Origin: Tubiluchus corallicola
Taxonomy: Eukaryota; Animalia; Priapulida
NCBI GenBank assembly: GCA_030141605.1
Contig: JAQGDQ010000794.1
Span: 1 to 64,000 of the forward strand
Length of the DNA: 64,000 nucleotides
Direction of reading: 5' to 3'
Both the position numbers and the translations under genes were made by a program. Positions 60,109 through 64,000 of the stretch are shown one piece after another (the first letter of the stretch is position 1; the number at the start of each line of letters is the position of its first letter). The notes beneath the pieces are model-generated. The model was not told where the DNA came from. It did not search any database and was given only the letters and a program-made list of their open reading frames with translations.

Positions 60109-63100
60109 ATGGACTTCAGGCCGAACATCAGACCAAACCTGCGTCGTTTATGGAATGGCAACCTGATATTCAACAATTCTTCGGAGGCAGAGGCTGTGAA
60201 GAAAAGTGGAACAGCAAGAAGGCAAGTTCGCATGGCTGCCCTTGATGCTGAAACTGTGCACAACAATGCTATCAAAGAGGTTGAAAGAATGGGTGCCAAC
60301 GTAAAGGACAGGGTAAGTAATAAAAATTACATATTTCAATTTTTTTATTTTGTTAACGCACCACAGGCAGTGTTAGCTTTCCCGACTTTATAAACTCTGC
60401 TGTATGCACTTTCATGATTTATAAATTTATTAAGAATGCCTATATGAAACTATTTTATTTTTACAGATCTCCGTTCTTAGACAGTACCGACTTCAGTTTG
60501 GGCAATACCACGGTCAGTCAATGAAATGGTTAGTTGAGAATGCTTTGGGTTATGCATTGTACGTGGTGAGGTCAATGAAACATGAGCCAATGTGTGACAC
60601 ACCATTGTCAAGAAATAAGTATGCTTTGAAGGAGTATCTAATGCTTCAACCAGAACTGAAAGACGAGGTTGAAAAAGCCCAGTGAAGAAGGAACTTCCAG
60701 ATGTTCGACCACCTATACCACGACGTCCTGATTTGCCAGCAGCATTAGGAGCTCCGCCCAAGTCACCAGAGAGGATGCCTGATCCGGATGAGGCGACTTC
60801 ATCAGAGAGAATAGAGATTTCGACTGAGACGAAGGAAGGCAGAGTCCGACTGACGAGGTCCTCAGCAAATCTGGCTGAAATAACTGGTAAGTAACATTTC
60901 TTTTTTATTTTAATACTAACATGCCTTGTGTGCACTTGTGTGAAGGTGTTGTTATTATGTATACTAAATAATATATTTTTACAGCACGTACTGTGCGTGT
61001 CGTGTTAGAAGACATAGCACAACGTGGTCAACTACAACATGCACCACCCCCAGTTGAGCCAGTTTTTTTGTACCTCATGTGTTCTTGCTAAGTTTTAGAA
61101 ACTGAACTTTGACTATAGTATGAATATGTTGAATATAGTGCTTGAATACAGTGTTTATATAATTTTAACACTGTTTTTATTTCTCTGTAGAGTCTTTTGC
61201 CTCCAGCTTGGAGAAAAGACATACCAAAGAGGGAACAGGCGTGGATCTCTAAAGCTGCTTTTATCTTTGGACCTGGTGGTAAACGCCATACTAAAGTTGC
61301 GGCATGCTGCCCTGGAGTACTTCAGCAAATCGATGTAGGTCACCGTTCGCAGTTTCCTGCACTACTAACATAGAGGTTAGTTGTTATAATTATATTTTAG
61401 TTTTTGTGTTCTGTGCATTTTTTAAAAAAACAATTGTCTGGGTTTGTTATGTCTTGACATTTTGTTGACTATAACCCAAGAACACAATATCTTATGTGAC
61501 CTTTTTTCCAGGTATGCATATAGCAAGCATTTGCTGATATTGTTGAGAGAGAGAAGTACGGGGAATACGTCAACGCAGTTATACACAAAACTCTTGGAAC
61601 CTCACTGAAGCATGGTTAGCAAAAACAGCACAATACCTGACAGCATGCGAACCATTTGCTTCATCCATGATAACACCGGTGAGGTTTGCGGCTATTCCTG
61701 AAATGCCATCTCTGCCAACTCCAAAATGTCTTCTGAGTGTCTATGCTCTCCACGTTCTTCACAGGCTAAGTTGTGAAGAAGTTGGCTGGCCAAGGTGCCG
61801 ACACTGCAGCTTGAGTTACAAATGTTGGTGACGATCCTTGCAATGAGCTTGGACAAGTGCTCATATCTGTTGCCACGTGTGCAGAAGGTGTTGGATTGAC
61901 GGAGATGGCTGCTGGACTGATGAGACGTTACAGCGAGGCGAACCAAGATCCACCACATCTGATGTACGTGGACAGGGACTGCTGTTCATCAACAGGAACA
62001 AGAAGTAAGACACATGCCATGTTTGCCATGTTTCACTTGTGGAAGAACCTGATTGTTCGGCTAGATGTCTACCACTTCATTAGAAGAATAGGATCCTGCG
62101 TTCTCGAGTCTCATCAGCTGTATGCACCATTCATGAGGCAAATCTCAGCAGCCATATTCGAGTGGGATGACAAGGATGTGCAAAATCTCATCAAAGCTAA
62201 ATGCTCAGAGCTGGAGAAGCAGCGCATTTCACTATCCAATGCTAATATCAGAAGACAGAATCATCGAAGTCTTTTCTGGAGAACAAGGCAAGGACACCAT
62301 GGGCGTTCCTCTTGTCGATGGTCCGCGTATGAGGACAGAATGGGCCGAACAAAAACGTCATGTGAGCTGTCTGCAAGATCCACCAAAACTACCGGCTCTA
62401 CTCTCAGACAGGCACTGTGAGAAAAGATGTCATCCTGCCAGTATATAGATGTGCACGTAGCTCAACATCTTTGGAGTCTTTTCATAGCCATCTCGTCAAC
62501 TTCATCCCAGGTATTAATTCAAATGTTTTGGTGATAAATGACATGAATTTATTGGTTTATCAATTATTATAACATGCATTTTCCAGGGCTCCTTCTTTTT
62601 GGTATTTAGTATTAATTTCTATATATTGCAATTTCAGGAACGAGTGGAAATCAAACGCACTTCCAAGCTTACCTGTTGGAAGGTATTGTGAAATGGAACG
62701 AGGATAGGGCTGCTGCTTCAGTTAGTACCACCACGAAAATTTCTCAGCAGACTTTCAGCGGTGAATTGAAGCAGACAGTGAATGAACTGAACAGGAAGGT
62801 TTTTGGATGCGATTATGATTCTTCATATCAAGCACCAGCACCAGAAAAATACACAGGTTTGTAATATTGCATTACTTTAATTTGTTCAACATGTTCAGTT
62901 TAATATTATTGTGCCTGACGTGTCAAATGTGTATTTATTGTCTCAGTTTTAATTACAATTTCTTTTTATAGGTGAGCTGATAGGCATAGAATACCTCTTC
63001 TCGCAAACTGGTAAAGTCTTGAAGCCACCTTCGTTTGACCCTGACGTGAAAGATGAAGAGGAAGATGAAGTTGACGAAGAAGACGAGGCAGTACTGGAGC

Positions 63101-63672
63101 CTGTGGAGGACATCGAAGCGGAGGATCAAATACTAGCATCAATTAAAGAATAACTTGATCAGTTTTTCGACGAAGGAGATTCTGATGCAACTGAAACCTA
63201 CGAAGTGGAAGCAGAAGAAGAAGTGCAAGTGCAACCAGAGAAAGTGCAAGAAGTGCAACTAGGTGAAGCCATACTTTCAGCTTCAACTGGCATAAGTCCC
63301 AGCTGATGAAGGGCTGCAATGTGGATGAAGGGATGATGTTGGAGGCAATGTGGGGCAAGCTCAGTGGCCAAGTGCAAGCAGGCTAGTTGAAGCCCTCTGT
63401 CTGAAGCTGTGCATTCTCCATCCACATCCACTGAAGTCTCCAAAAACTCCACTTTAGACCATTACCAGATGGAGGCTCATTCTAGATGATTATGGCCAAA
63501 TCCAGGAACTGCTGTCCTCAAATCCAAAGGTGCAGGCTCACACCACGCTGCAGCTGTTTTACATCAATCACATCAATCAAACTCTGATCAAAAACTGGTA
63601 AGTTTGCAGCGCATTTTTATTTTTGACAATTTCACTGTTTAAAAACTATGACTTATACTGCATTTGGATGTG

Positions 63673-63747
<75 letters not shown>

Positions 63748-64000
63748 TTATTGTAATATTGTCCTTGTAGGTTCAATATTGAGGCATTTGTAAGAAAGCG
63801 GAAGTTGCCTGATGATGCTGACAAACCACCAAGTGTGCCTCACTCAACAGCATACAGACATCGTCACATGCGAGAAGAGGGGCAATCTCCGAAGTAGAAG
63901 CGACTGAAGGCTTCCAATTATTGCAAGAAATGTGGCTTCGATTCAGCGTGGATACCTTTTCTGTCCAAACGAAGGTATTCCATACGAGCAATGGTTGGAA
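60109..64000 (+). mobile_element. Decayed intron-containing DDE transposase, probably Dada superfamily (DUF6729-type)
   Basis: Spliced fragments: ATG 60109 | 60467 ISVLRQYRLQFGQYHGQSMKWLVENALGY; LLPPAWRKDIPKREQAWISKA; QIDVGHRSQFPALLT; VVKKLAGQGADTAA*VTNVG..NELGQVLISV..AEGVGL..MAAGLMRRY...PP.LMYVDRDCC...VRLDVYHFIRR (DxxH); VYRCARSSTSLESFHSHLVNFIPG|TSGNQTHFQAYLLEGIVKWNEDR; C-terminal NYCKKCG. Multiple stops, frameshifts and deletions. The superfamily name comes from recall of motifs, not a search. Confidence 0.7.

Overview
AT-rich, intron-rich animal genomic DNA, probably from an invertebrate (the species cannot be determined). It holds four main loci. (1) A complete + strand SLC6/NSS Na+/Cl- dependent amino-acid-type transporter gene (about 5170/6298-25860, 13-14 coding exons, about 623 aa). 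(2) Nested antisense in one of its introns, an intact single-exon 509-aa ORF (22130-23659) encoding a signal peptide and a class C GPCR (mGluR-like) Venus-flytrap domain, with no cysteine-rich or 7TM region. (3) A + strand gene (34197 to at least 57843) encoding a signal peptide, three C-type lectin domains and 17 calcium-binding EGF exons in a ~1.26-kb higher-order tandem array. Lectin domains 2 and 3 and the first EGF exon are disrupted, and each array unit also carries two decayed 'ghost' EGF exons. (4) A decayed, intron-containing DDE transposase, probably Dada/DUF6729-type (60109 to window end). There is also an LRRCT-TM gene remnant (~2250-2680). Introns carry a hAT-type element with an 8-bp TSD and an internal minisatellite, two TTAA-flanked (Kolobok-like) MITE families, several LINE 3' fragments, a tRNA-derived repeat, and many mini- and microsatellites. 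All gene models were read by eye from splice signals and translation; no database search was run.
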